NCBI GenBank assembly: GCA_964035545.1
Contig: OZ037773.1
Location: 8,399,751-8,463,750, forward strand
Source: Bugula neritina
Lineage: Eukaryota > Animalia > Bryozoa
Reading direction: 5' to 3'
DNA length: 64,000 nt
The position numbers and the translations under genes are program-made. Below, one piece after another: positions 24,501 through 53,495 of this stretch (its first letter is position 1; every line of letters begins with the position of its first letter). The notes beneath the pieces were generated by a model. That model did no database searches and was not told where the DNA came from. It was given only the letters and a program-made list of their open reading frames with translations.

Positions 24501-27500
24501 TTACTGTATTACCATGTTTATACATCTACCAGATCCAGGTATATTATACAATAATAATATATCTATCTATATATATCTATACATCTTACTGTATTACCAT
24601 GTTTATATGGCTACCAGATCCAGGTATATTATACAATATGTCTATATATCTATACATCTTACTGTATTACCATGTTTATATGGCTACCAGATCCAGGTAT
24701 ATTATACAATATGTCTATATATCTATACATCTTACTGTATTATCATGTTTATATGTCTACCAGATCCAGGTATATTATACAATGTGTCCATATATCTATA
24801 CATATTACTATATTACCATGTTTATATAGCTATCAGATCTAGGTATATTACACAATATGTCAAGAGATTATTACTTACTGTATTTTGGTATGAAGTATCT
24901 TTTTAGGTAATACTGTATAAAGTAGACCTGTATTTTAACATAAATGACAAAGTCTTAAGATTAATTTACATATTTTTGATTTGGCAAAATAACTACTGAA
25001 GCAGCAACCACACAAAAGCTTGACAATTATGCACCAAATGTGGTGGTTTTAGGTAGTTGGCTGTCTTTTCCAACACTCTGCTTTTGGCTCGGAGTTTAGG
25101 TTGAACACTCATTTAAATAACCAAGCCTCGTTTTAGCAGAGTTCACTCTAAAACTGCCAAAATTGCACATAACTCAAACTCATTTATCATAATAAAAATA
25201 TCTATGATTGTCATACATCATTTTCTGTGTATAATAGTCTACTGATACCTATACAGCAATTGCTGGGAAAAATTACTGTTTTTAATAAGGTTTTGTAATC
25301 TATTCAGTTTGTCCATAGTGATATAATTATAATAAGCAGTAATAAAAAGGACAAATAAATAAATAAATAAAATATAAAAGAAGCTTAGTCAGAGATGTAA
25401 CATTTTTAGCCTTGATTACAAGCAGTTAAATGTGGGGCCACATTAGCAGAGATTTACTAACTAATGGTATGTGCTTTAACTTTACAACTGGTCTGCAGCA
25501 CTGCTGTTTCCGTAGCGACAATGATGCACTGCACTGTTGGCTGGGAAAGTTTGCTGCAAAGTGGAAAAAATAACTCGATAAAAAACAAAATGAGTATAGA
25601 TTGAAACTAAAGAAGTGAACTCAATAGTTACCAGCCAATTAGACCGTACTTGCAGACATTTTCTGCACTGGTTGCATAGCCCTTTCATCCCATGCAATCT
25701 GTACAAATTGTCCAAAATTTCTGCTTGTGCAGATCTTTTGAGTGCAGAAATATATCACACTTAAAGTAGGCCTAGCTGCTTTCAGTAAAATGGAAACCAC
25801 AGTTGCTGACCAAATAAGATTAGTTTGTGTTTGATGTTAGATAAGGGAGATGACATCATCTCTAAGAAAGACCAATCACAAGATGTTTCATATGCAAAGA
25901 TGCTCCGCAACCCGAGGACTCTCATTGGTCTGATAGTTGGAATGTTTTCCGCTTCCTGTTGGACCTGCATTGACCCTATTTTGGAGCCACAGCTAAGAAC
26001 TGAAGTATTTTAAACTGATAAACGGATGTTGCTAAAGTTGTTTATATTTGTATGCAGTGTTTAAATTTCAAGCTCTCGAGTTATTGAACCCTATAGATGT
26101 TGGTGCATTGCTATATTATTATGTAGTCCATAGGTGCAAGTATACTGCTATATGTACTACAATTTATATAGCTGCTAGTGAAATTATTTTTAAGGTTCTT
26201 GTAGTGGTTATGGTTATTGTAGTGGTTATGGTTATTGTAGTGGTTATGATTATTGTAGTGGTTATGGTTATTGTAGTGGTTATGGTTATTGTAGTTGCTA
26301 TGGTTATTGTAGTGGTTATGGTTATTGTAGTGGTTATGCTTATTGTAGTGGTTATTGTAGTGGTTATGGTTATTGTAGTATGGATTAACTGAAGATAAGA
26401 CAGCCCTAGTGTTTCTCCTCCTCTCCGGAACATTTTTCATTTCCTCTCCAATTGTTGGAAGATTTGTTGGAAAACCCGTGAGTGTGCAATGATAAATTTA
26501 ATGTTATTATATATGTTTATGATAAAAGATCATTTATTCTACAAACTTTTTTATCCAGTTTTAATAATTTATTTTGCACTTCAGTGTTTTTATTATTCAT
26601 TCTTTTTTGGTAATGGTAAAAACAATTAAAAGATTGAGCTATAGTAATTGCAGGTCATGTTGGTGACTTTTAAACTTTTATTGGGCTTTGAAATTCTTAA
26701 CTTAGGAGTTACAGGATATAGGGCCGCAAATTGTAAACCAATATTGACAATTGTAAATGAACAGTAACTTATTCTCAGCTGACATAATTTTATCATTTCT
26801 ATTGACCTCTATATGCTGACAAGCACCTCTATGCCCTGAAAGCCGTAAGCTATAATCATTCCTATGTGTTCTGATACTTACAGTATTGTATGGACAGTCT
26901 CTTTGTCGTCATAATCGGACTTGGTGTAGCGGTAGGATCTTTCTTGCTTGCTGGGCCATGCCCTTTATTTAAAATAGAAAAATTAGAGTAAGTAAAATTT
27001 TACTCAACTAAAATAGTTTTAGCTTTCTGTAGAACTATTCTGAAACTATGTCAGCCAAAGCTATATGATGATTTGTCATAAAATCATTGATGCTTATAGC
27101 TAGTTATACTTGCAGTTTGTGATAAAAAAGGTTGATATGAATGGATGTGCTACATTTTATCCATGGCAATTCTGTATTATGCATACGTTGTGTATATTTC
27201 AGGTTGTGGATGTTACTAGTGTGTCTGTCAATCCTTGGATTAACCAATAGTCTAATATATGTACCTGCTCAAGATCTCACCTTTAGCATAGAGTAAGTTG
27301 CAGTATATAGATTATAGACAGTGCAGTATACTTGCATACTTGGAGTCGTATGTGTATGTATTTAGTATAGAATAATTCAGTGTTCATTTTATATTGAAGC
27401 TCTATATTGCTTGACAATAACAGTCTAGCTATAAGTGAACATGCAGCGGTTTTCAAATTGATGCTTCAAAACATCTACTTAGCTTCATATAAAACTATCT

Positions 27501-29889
27501 ATATCAAAATCATTCCCTAAAAGCCATTTAAATTCCAAATAATTGATTAGGTTAATAACAGTTATTACGAACGAAATTTGAAATAAATAAGCTGCTGGGA
27601 ACATCTGAAATTTAAAATTTAAACTATTTTAAATCACTAACTTGTTTTGTTATTTCGAACTTGTATAAAGCTCAAAGATTAAATTGAAATGAAGAAAGCT
27701 TTGCTAGGGTTTGAAATTTGCTAATTTCTTCTTTTGAAGCAAGTTGAACTATAAAATTTTAATGTGAGGAGAGGTATTTTTGATAAGAGTAGTTTACATG
27801 TTAGACTAGAAAAGAGTTAGGTGACCCTCTAGGTGGGGTAAAACCTAATGAATTACCTCCACTTAACCGTTAGACATCCAGCCCTCACTTGGCTTTGCTA
27901 ACTTAGGCTATAACCCTCATTATCTGGCAATACAATTACTTTTTTAAAATATTAGTACATGAAATAAAATGGTGTAGCCTATACTATGACATATGTTATA
28001 AGGATCTATACGATATATTATGATATGCAGAATAGTATATTTTGATATTCTATGATATAACACATCAGGATGTAAAATATATAAGACATCATGCTATGAT
28101 AAGCTGTGATGATCCATGATAAGGTAAAACAACTCCATGAACAAAGATAAAATAAGAACTACACCAATGCAAGAGAAAACAAAAATACATAACAAAAGCG
28201 CATAAATAAAACATGTATTGCATAAGAAGCAAAGAACAAAAGTGCTAATGAATACTGTGTACATTATACATACATACTATAATATGCTCTGATAAACTAC
28301 GATGTGTTATTATGGTACAATATCATATAATGTGATGTATGATATTACATAATATGACTCGTTGTATATTGGTTGATGTATCAATTTGCTTTTAATGACT
28401 GCACTCATTATAAACACAAATTTCAATTGTTAACAAATGAGAATTAAAAAATAATTGAATAGAAAAAGCAACTATAAGTGTTTCCTATGCAACAGAATAT
28501 ATTATTAGATTGAATGCAGGTTTAGTAACATTGTAATTATAAAAGCTTGTTGAAATTCAACTGTGTTATTCAGTACTTGTGCACGGCTTGCATTAGTTTG
28601 TTTTGCTCCGATGGCATGTAAACAATGGCCCCATTTAAAAAAGACATTAGATCTGTAAAAATTGTTGTGCATTTTGGAATTTGCTAGAAGCCAAGACTAT
28701 TTGATTTATAAAGATTTGTTTGTAATTAATACTTAATGTGTATATTTTGTTAGTAACATGGAGCTGCCAGAGAACGCTGACAGAACGATGGTTAGAGGGT
28801 TTCTATCCTCTTGCTGGGTGACATTCTATTCCTTTGGGTGAGTAAGTCATGTCATTAGACTTTCAAGGTTATTCTAAGGTCACTCATCACTCTACTCAGT
28901 ATAGTAGTGTATCAAGTATTAGGATCGCTATCTGCTTTCCATATTAGTTTAGGGAAAAATAATTTTTAGTGCAAGTTGTGTAAACAGCAATCATTTTCCC
29001 TTAGCTATAAGAGTGTAAAATAATAGCTTTACCATTTGATGCACACTTTCCATTAGCAATATAAGCAGCAGCAGCAGCAGCAAGTAGGTACAGCTATAGG
29101 GCATATTAGCTTTTATGTCAAGTTATAAATTATAATGATTTGAGAATAGAAAAGATGCCAATAGATTCTTATTAGCAGATTTTAGCTGTCTATGTAGCTA
29201 TGAGTTTTAAGATAACTTGTTACCTAATAATTAATTAGTCTCCAAGTAGGAACTACCCAGATATTTCCATCACCAAATGATTTTAAATATGCTATTATAT
29301 ATACAATAGCACAGTCAGACTTACACTCTGCAAGTAGCTCTACCTCAGCTTCATCTACTAAGCAGTTGTAACACAAGGAGTTGTTCTGCCTTGGCAAGAC
29401 AACCACTTTTCAAAGTCCACATTAAGAGACTTCTTTTAGCTGAATAGTACTGCAGTACTGATCTAAGTGACTGAGTACTATTAGCAGTTCCACTTTTCAG
29501 CTTTCAGCTTCACTTTATTTTATTTCAATCAACTTTTAATAATTGATAACCATGAGTAAAAATGCACAACTGGAGCTTGATAATTTTTAACATTGAGCAG
29601 AAAAACAATGTTGTGTGTGGCAAGTAGGGCCTTGAAAATCAGATGCCAGAAAAGAAGCACATGTTGTGTTTGCAGTTGATTGTGTATTTGTAAAACACTA
29701 TGTTGTAGGTTTGGAATAGGGATGGTATTTTCTGGAAGTGTCGCTCAGTACACTGGCTGCGCCTGGACTATGACATCCTACGCAGGTGGTTGTGTTTTGT
29801 TTATAGTAATAGTTTCAATTGTAAAAATTAGAGAAATATTATTGTTGAGTGTTTGCAAACCTAAATATGAAGCTTTAAATTCTTTTTGA
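21555..29889 (+). CDS. SLC18B1: MFS-type transporter SLC18B1-like, paralog A, 11 exons, about 436 aa
   Basis: Exons 21555-21662, 22635-22730, 23014-23241, 23640-23708, 24378-24465, 25841-26004, 26379-26477, 26884-26987, 27203-27292, 28754-28837, 29709-29889. Motifs SPFLPRE, GMVSGPAIGSALF, CIDPILEP, AGPCPL and VRGFLSSCW parallel SLC18B1 GPFFPKE, GLILGPPVGG, FLDPTL, LGPVP and VSGLFSAMW. Confidence 0.85.
22144..22209. mobile_element. Internally deleted copy of MITE family B
   Basis: ggtgtctggtaaaaatggcacaggtaaaaatgtgccattt...cctaaaatc, i.e. both termini with the core missing. Confidence 0.65.
23700..23905 (+). repeat. Degenerate repeat of the exon 4 donor (ctttact|gtaagt) of paralog A
   Basis: At least 5 actgtaagt copies directly after the functional donor. 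Confidence 0.8.
24431..24862 (+). repeat. About 70-nt tandem repeat, about 6 copies, comprising the 3' end of exon 5 plus its donor
   Basis: ctgtattaccatgtttatatggctaccagatccag|gtatattatacaat... is repeated. Confidence 0.9.
26200..26378 (+). repeat. 18-nt repeat (tggttatggttattgtag), about 10 copies, ending in the exon 7 acceptor
   Basis: Each unit ends in ttgtag; the last one is the inferred acceptor. Confidence 0.9.
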
Positions 29890-30267
29890 CAATTATAATC
29901 ATTTGAAATAAATTAATTTTACTCGGAAAAATATTTTGACTTTTTACAAATGTTTTGTTATTATATATTTTTATTTAAAAATATAGTGAATTTCTTTAAA
30001 CCCAGCTTTTCGTTTAATCGTAGAATTACATATGACAAACTATTTAATCCATAGGCAACAGTTTGAGTATTTCACACATTAAATAATTTCGTGCATATGA
30101 TGGATAAACGGTGTCCAGGTAAGGAAAGGAGGGTAGTGGAGGTTTACCATGCTATGATTAACTAATATCAGAGAGAGAGTTCTGCATTGTTGTTCTGACC
30201 ATTGTGGATACATAACCTCGTCAATAACTAGTGATGTGCTTAATACAAATTATGTTAGACATCTGAC

Positions 30268-30932
<665 letters not shown>

Positions 30933-31397
30933 GTGGGCCAATAATCTTTAATGGCTGCAACTGTTTTAACAACTTTTGGATTTATCTATGAGACTGTTAT
31001 AACACTGATAGGTAAACATTATGTATAATGCTCGTGTGGTTGCGTAGTAGAAATTAGCTATTAACTTTTCGCGACTAATTTTAAACTTTATCACAGAGAG
31101 TATTTAGTAGTTAGAGAAAGAGCAGTCATGATAAGCAAGCTTTCCACAAACAAACATTATTTGGAATTAATGGTGAAAGACAAAGAAAACACTAGAATAT
31201 TCTTTATATAATAATAACATCTTATAAAAATATAGTAAGAAACGTATTTCTGCTATATGACCAGGAGCTATGACCAGGAGCTATGACCAGGAGCTATGAC
31301 CAGGAGCCAGGGTCATATTTGTTATGGTTAGTTAGAATAAGCTTAAAAACAACAGTCAATGCATCAAATATCTCTCCCAGAGGTTCTTTCTTTACAT

Positions 31398-39793
<8,396 letters not shown>

Positions 39794-41964
39794 GCTGTAG
39801 TAATGTTTTCAGTTTCCTGCTGTTGTGTATTCACATATACCTTGAAAATAAACTACAGCTATAACTTACAATATAATTATAATTATTACATTACACTATA
39901 TATTATTTGTTACAGTATACCGTATAATTACTACATTATGCTATATAATTACTATATTATGCTATGTACATATATTTGTTGCATAAAACCTTATAATTAT
40001 TATACAATACTTTATTATAACATTCCCTCACCTTTGATAACGCAAGAAAATGTTGAATGAAGTTTTTTTGTTATGAAAAATGTTTCTAGTATTATATTTC
40101 TAATGTAAATAAGTATTAAGCAAAAAGAGTATATAACAATTACTTATTTTTAGAGTTAAAAGTAACAATGACAATATCTATCTTATACTTTTTAGTTGAT
40201 CACATTTCACATGTTTAGAGCAAATGTGCACATTTTCTAGTAAATAAAGATCCGGTTTTATATAGTAATATGAAATAATCTAGTGAGATGAATAAGATAC
40301 CAATTCGTGACTCTAATCCAGTTACAACTGATCAAAGCTATTGCAAACCAACTGATTACAAGGTTAGATAGCATTTCTGAAGCGTTAATGGGCTTCTAGT
40401 GAATGTTCTCAATATTTGGAGTGGCTCCAGCCCTCAGCACGACAATCCAACTGTTCTTTGCTGATAGTCTATTTTCTATCGGCTTGGATTTTAAAGTATT
40501 TTCATTGCAGCATTTACATGAGAGCAGCATACGTATACAACCTATACTTCTAACATAGCACCATATAGCACTCTTGGTATGTATAAATGAGTATATCAGA
40601 AACTGGTGTATCATTTAATCAAGCATTTACGATTGACTTACTTCTAAGGCACTAGGTTATTACACCTTGCCTCTACACAAGGCCACGCCTTCAAGACTAC
40701 AAAAGCAGTAACAAATTTAACATGCACAAATTAACTATTACTCATACAAACAAGCAAATAAACTTTTGTGGCTTAAGTGAGCAAAAATACAATATCAATA
40801 ATTGTAGTTAATGACATTACAAAAAAAATAAATATCATTTTGTAAACTTACCTATTTTGCTATATAATAACATACTATAAACTGGTACATGTTTTTGACA
40901 TGTGACACTACCTGAGCTGGGACTGCGTTGCAAACACAGCTTGTATGCAGAAAGCTCAATACATAGTGCAATGTAAAACTTTTGTATATTTCACTACAAT
41001 ATTATGATCCTGCTGTATATTCTGCCCTCCATTCTCTTACAATACTGAATGAAGGAATTGTCTGCTCACAAACGGACTAAGGTGAGAGCAAGTAACTCTC
41101 AGTTGTAATAGTCTCAACTTGTACATTTTGAATTACTCTTTAAAAAATTATATTTAGAATACAATAAATAACTATAGAAAAACTTTTAGTTGTTCCCATT
41201 AGATATACAAAGTTTTGTTAGCGAGAGAAAGTTTGTGATAAAAGAAATAAATATATTGATATGTTTGCAAATACAGTTTCATATTTGCTTGATAATTATA
41301 ATTATTTATAAATTATTATTATAAATTAATTAGAATTAATGTAAACAGTCTTCTGCTAGACAACTCCTTGCATGAAATAGTTCTGGAAAACAAGTGCTTG
41401 CGTCAGGTATATCAGATTTTCCAGCCTACGGTAGCTTGCATCAGGGAAAGCTATTCACAGACAGCCGCAATAAAACACTCTCCAGTTCTAATACCATATA
41501 ATAGAGATACTAATTAGGCTTTGTAGAGCTTTAGAATACTTGCAGCATTTATTTGTGGGTCAGTAATTTAAAATGGCTGCAACTGCTAAAATGCAGCTGT
41601 TGCATTTTCTACAAAGCTTTACAAACTATTAGTTGAAAATCATGAGTAATACTGATGTGGCTAGGAAGCTATGTGATAGGAACTACGGTTATCTTTTGGC
41701 TAATGTGGAAATCCATTGAGAATACTTAGTGAATGGAAAAAAAGGAGTTTTTATCTACTAAGCAAGGTTTTATAATTAAAAATTTCCTTTGGAAATCAAA
41801 AAATAAAGGTTAGAAAATATCAAAATACCTAAGTTTTATATAGTAAATTGTAATGAGTATTAGAATAAGAGTTTGAACAAGTTTGACCTTTGAACCTAGT
41901 ATTTAGGGTTAGTTGCATCAAGTCCTTAAAACAACAGTCAATGCCAAGATGTTTCTCCCAGAGG

Positions 41965-47884
<5,920 letters not shown>

Positions 47885-48724
47885 GCTGTAGTAACGTCTT
47901 TAGTTACCTAGCTGCTGTTATGTATCCACAGACACCTTGAAAATAAACTCCAGCTATAACTTACAATATGTCAAGACACAAGCGCTTATTTTTTAACCTA
48001 TCTCTTTGTTTTCTAATGAATAGACTAGATTTTCAGATATTTTTTTTGAAAAGTCATGAAAGCTATTGAAAGCTGATTGGTTGCTCACCTAGACAAATGT
48101 AAATGTAAATGTGTTATAGTAGTGGAGATTGGTGTCATTATTAGCAGAACCAGTATTTCACACAAAGACCAATGACTTATTTTGCTTTTAACATTTTAAC
48201 TGTTGACTTGTTTTTGTAATTCCAAAGAAAGTCAAGAAAATGCACTGCCTATTGAATAAAGAGCAAGAAATTAACAATGTTTTAACATTTCTATAACGGA
48301 GAAATTAAAAAAGCCAGTGTACGTTTTTGATCAAAATATAGCAAAAGAAGTCATATTCAAGTGAAAATCATATGGCCCATATTTGAACCAAAATGTATTA
48401 AGAAAACTAAAGAAGTTAGAGTAAAATTTCTTTACTACTTCATCTATAAATGTAAAAAGCCTCGTGTTTATAAAATATAAGTAGATCTAAGCTTATGAGA
48501 GTCTAATTATATTATTACACTATATATCTGTTACAATATACTATATAATTACTACATTATATTATATATGTGTTATATATTAAATAACTATAACATTTAT
48601 AATACCGTCTTCTTACCTTTGAAAGCATAAACAAATGTCTAAAAAAGCTTTTCTCTATACGAATATTGTTTCTAGTATAATATTTCTGATGTAAATAAAT
48701 ATCTAGCAAAATAGTCTATATAAC

Positions 48725-48797
48725 TCACACACACATGCACGCGCATGCGCACGCTCACACACGCACACACACACACACACACACGCACATGCACACT
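48725..48797. repeat. (CA)n/(CG) microsatellite
   Basis: Direct reading. Confidence 0.85.
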
Positions 48798-50313
48798 AAC
48801 GTGTATATACACGAGATTGCTCGAAGGTACTTGGTCTGTCATCAGACAAAACTAGAGAAAGGGAATTTGTTATTAAGTATAACACAAATACTGCACTTAT
48901 TTTAAGATTCAGTTTACGCAGCGCTTGCTACAAGTAACATTCTCGATATATTTCTTGTATTGTATTGTATAGACAGTCATGTACTATAATAGCAACCAAC
49001 TTATTATATTTACAGTCATGTGTTGAAATAAATTAGAGTGGAAAATGCCCGGCAATGGACTACTGATTTTTGGAATAATAATTAGATTTTGAGGTTAAGT
49101 GATCAAAATAGCATTCTGGAAAAATAAATTTATTAGTGTATTCCAGCCTCATTGGGTTCCAAGTTCTACAAATTGAGGTCACATAAATATTCTGAAGAGA
49201 TGAATACTTAACATGCAAATGCATACCTTGCAGATTGCTGGTTTTACAATTCAGCGAAAGTTCTGTTAAAACTAAAGCCTAAAGCAAACCATTACAGACT
49301 AACTACATATTACAACCTACAGCAACAGTAGCATATGTATAGCGTACAGCATATATAACTTGTATAGCATGTATAGCATGAGTTTATAGCAGCAGAGTAT
49401 AGCCTTTTATTTAGTGCATTATATATTATTATTTTAAAATGGCTGTTTGTTGAACTCAGGGTTGTCTTCTCATTATTACTATCTAAAGTTGTCTTCTCTG
49501 TATAATATGCAAAACTACGAAGTCTAAACACAGAATAGAATGCTAACACTGCACAGAGATAACGCAGCTCCAACATAGAAAACGTTCTTAAGAACCAATA
49601 CCTGTTGAATGGCCATAATAATATTATTATAGCATACTTTTAAATTATTTGTATAATAAATACTCAACATTCTCCGTTAAAATAATACATGCTCCCAATG
49701 AGAATAAAACTCTTGACACAATGCTTTGTGTAAAAAAAGAATTGCTTGATGAGAAAATTTTATACTAAAACTATATCTGATACAGTATTTATATGTATAA
49801 TAATTAACCAGGACAGTGACCTAAGGAGTTATATTCTCATGTGTTAAGGAGATGCCCTTGATTTACTCTAAGGCTGACATGATGTTTTCAAACTTGAGCT
49901 TATAGGAATGTTATGCTTAAAATGGTGCGCTTAGGCTATAGTAAACTAGTTGTATGTAAAATGAAAAATTATATGTGGGTGTGGATTATGAAATTTGGGT
50001 TGTTGTGTATCGTTAGAAAAGTTTCCTTGTTTGATACACTGTAGGATAACATAACTCCCATAATTATGAGTTTGGTTCTTGTAAATTATGTGATTTTAGT
50101 AAAAGCGAAATGTGACCGATTACTATATGCCTATTAGTCATTTCAATTTTTACAAAAAAAAGTTTATTAGCTTTTTTATTTTATTTATTTATAGTATAAA
50201 AACATTTCTCTGCTTATTATTATTATATAACTATGAATGATGCACATAGTAAACATACTTATAAGATAACGACTAAGAAGTTGATACTGACATGTCTCAA
50301 TATTTCTACTAAT

Positions 50314-52921
50314 TCATGGAAACTCCTTGCTAAGGTTGACTTCAGCACAAAATGGCGAAAGTCCAAAATGGCTGACTAAAACTCTCTCAGATGTAATGAG
50401 TGAACCTTCTGACCATCCATAGAATGCTCCATCTTTTGTTGACGCAAAGAAAGCGTCTCCCGTGATGTATATTTCAGCCTCAGAAAATGGCTTCAGCGTC
50501 TTGAACTGCAACTGATATGAGTCCACACCAACCTGGGAAAGACTGCCCGCGCTGACACGCTTGGAGTCCCAAATCTTTATGGAGGCCCCCACTGGAGCTG
50601 GTATACTCTTCAAACCTTTGAAAACATTGAAAAACAGAGTTTATAGAATAGAAATAGACAAAAAGGTTGGTACAGTGATAGAAAAATTGAGAAAAAAAAC
50701 CTGTGTTCTAGATAAGAAATGTAGCATGAGGAGTTATGTTCTCACGAGAATTTTAACCTACGTTCCAAACGAAGATTTAAAGAACTTAGGTTATATCAAT
50801 TTCTCTACTACTCCTCCTAAATTTAGACAAGTAGTTAGAAGAGTTCTTTGAAACAAAAAACCAGCTTATTACTTATAGAAATATTTTATAAATTAGAATG
50901 TAAAGCTAATATTTTGTATTGATTATTTGCGTTTGTATGTGTAACACTTTAATGCTTGAGGTGAGTGCAGTAATTGAGAAATTGAGAAAAGCCTTAGTTT
51001 TAGATGTAGTTAAAATGTTTTGGTTTTGCAAAAATTTCACCCTGCACTCCAAACCAAAATTTATTAAGAAAGTAACGAGCTTGGACTATTCAAATTTCTC
51101 CACTACTGCACCTTTTCAAAATCGATATCTAGCTAGGCAGCTAATCACCAATAGTTGTGCAGCACTTTATGTCTCACCAAACACAGTGCAGAGCTGCTGC
51201 TGCACAAAGTCTACCAGCTTTTGACTCGGCAAATATTCACTTGGCACATTTCCAGCAGACGGTTGAAATCTCTCATATCTGGACTGGTTTAGTCCGTCAA
51301 ACACATCTGAACAGGTGAATGTGTATGCGGCTAGTAGAGTGGCGTATCCTCCCATTTTACCTTGACCTCCTCTAGCGGCCACACAGGATATTGGTAGGTC
51401 AGTCTCAAACCTGCCCGACACCAAACCTGCACCTTCCCACCATGCATCGGTATACGTGAGAAACACTTTTGTACTCTTCAAGCTGATTGTATTAGAAAAG
51501 AGTTCTCTAAACTCCATGTTTCGTTTGGATGGATAATTCCAGACGATAGACTCAATTCCACTTCTGTTACAAGCTAAAATCAACCTTTTCCCTGTAAATG
51601 GCTCTGCTGATGAAACTGTCGCCACTTTAAACGCATTTTCACTTTCAGTAACTTCAACTGCTGCTTCCCCAGCTAGAAGGGTTGCATTATCCATTTTGTT
51701 AAGGTTTGATACCAGCTTTTTAGTGAGCTCGATCATGCCATCTTTGACGCAGTAATCTTGCTCTAATGGGTCAAAGTCTTTGTGTTTCTTAGCAAACATT
51801 GCAGCAGCAGCTACTGAAATATCCATGGTGTGGAGCATAAAACTTCGGCCAAGTATATCAGTGTTTGAGGCGTAAGAGTAGTATTGACGTAAACTCATGT
51901 CTGTAGCTTTCTGGCCTGTTTCTCCCACTGTGCCCTCAAAAAGATTTCCATTTTCCGGTGCCTTAATTTGAAAGTCGTAATTCTCAGGATTCAGGTATGG
52001 TAAATCATGTTCAGTTAGTGAATACACTCTTTTGTAATCATCTTCACAGTAAATGGGTGTATTTTTATAAAATCCTATTAACTTCTTTTCATTGCTTTCC
52101 TCCTCACCCCAAAAGGTTTCTATCTCTAAATTCAGATCTTTTATAAGCTTGTATAAAATCTTGTGACGAGATGGTAAAAACCTGTAAGACAAAAATAACA
52201 TATACTGTGAAGAATCATTGTGCTACATGCCAGCTACTTGTGTATAACATGAATGCATGGTTGGTTAGGTTTATCATGGTTCTATTAGTTACTTAGTAGA
52301 ACACTGGATCACTACTTCACATGATTTGAATGGGTCTGTATGGTATGCTGCCCCAAACCCCAAACCCAGATGGAAAGCTTTTTTTAAAGTGGGCTAAGGA
52401 CTTATTCATATGTGGCACAGGAGCAAATATGACTAGAAGTGAATGCTCTCCCTATTCCCTAACATCACTGATGGCCTTTACTAGCGATCTAACTCATAAC
52501 CTCGTGTTCACTAAGCCAGGTTACTAATCCACTCATAAAAGTGCTATGAGTTTGATAAACCAAATGATTTTTTTCTCCTACATTTATTTATTGCGGATAG
52601 TTTTATTGCTATCAGATTGAACCCATGCAATCAAAAAGCCATCACCAGTTTTTTGCTGTTGCGAAAATCTTTTCAGTCGCGGGTCTTGTAATTGGAATTG
52701 GAACAAATATTTTTAATTGTAAAAACTTTATTATTTGTATATGTTTACCTCATTGCACCAAAGCCAGCCATGTGACCACCAGGCATTTCACAAGTCAGAT
52801 ATCTGCCTCCAAACTCTTTCTCGGCTTCCAGAACCAGAACTTTGAGGGTGGTGGAAGTGGCCAACCTCCAGGCTGTATACAGACCACCTATCCCTCCGCC
52901 TACTATTATAACATCGTACAT
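50314..52921 (-). CDS. FAD-dependent amine oxidase / L-amino-acid oxidase family protein (achacin/aplysianin-like fold), 3 coding exons, about 492 aa
   Basis: Exons 52921-52749 (MYDVIIVGGGIGGLYTAWRL...LVLEAEKEFGGR...GAMR: GxGxxG and GG motifs), 52181-51178 (FLPSRH..., KVFLTYTDAWW, TDLP) and 50615-50314 (IYITGDAF...GWSEGSL). Phases 2 and 1 are consistent. Confidence 0.85.
50665..51113. mobile_element. Two decayed copies (about 155 nt each) of a small TIR element, family D, in the oxidase intron
   Basis: Copies at about 50665-50818 and 50959-51113 share cagt..tagaaaaattgagaaaa ... aatttctc.actact.c.cct. Left gtgcagtaattgagaaattg is the inverse of right caaatttctccactactgcac. Confidence 0.5.
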
Positions 52922-53343
52922 TCTTGTTAGACCTGCTGTATGAATGTACTACCAGTCCTTGTGCCTCAACATGCCAAGCTGAAAACTCAATTAACTTTAT
53001 AGTATGTGGTGAAGGTCCTGAATGCATAATTAGAATTTAACAGTTTTTGTAGTTCAGAAAAATGTAGATTTATATGGCTATGCATAGCAGGGTGAAAATG
53101 TAGCTATGAATTAATTAGTAATAAATCTCCCTCTAAGTAATGTAGTTTAGCAAGCAAGTTAGCGTGACAAACAGTCTACTTCTATAGTCTAATGCTCATT
53201 TAGAGATTAGATTTCAAAATTGCTGAAAATCTTGCTAAACTGATTTCTACACAAATCAAAGTGTATGAAATTTGTAGCTTAGAATAAATACTGTCTTGAA
53301 GTTTCTTCCGTCATATCAACTATAGATACTTGCAACCCAGCAG

Positions 53344-53495
53344 TAGGTAAATTGGCATATTTTCAATATTGGGGTTTGGGGGGAGGGAGAGGGGTTTAGG
53401 GCCAAAAAGTTTGGAATGGAAGATTTAGGTTTGGGGTTTAGAAAAATTTATTATGAGAATGCCATTATTACCTGTGCCATTTTTACCTAAAGTCC
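53344..53495. mobile_element. MITE family B copy
   Basis: aggtaaattggcatattttcaatattggggtttggg ... cctgtgccatttttacctaaagtcc. Confidence 0.65.
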
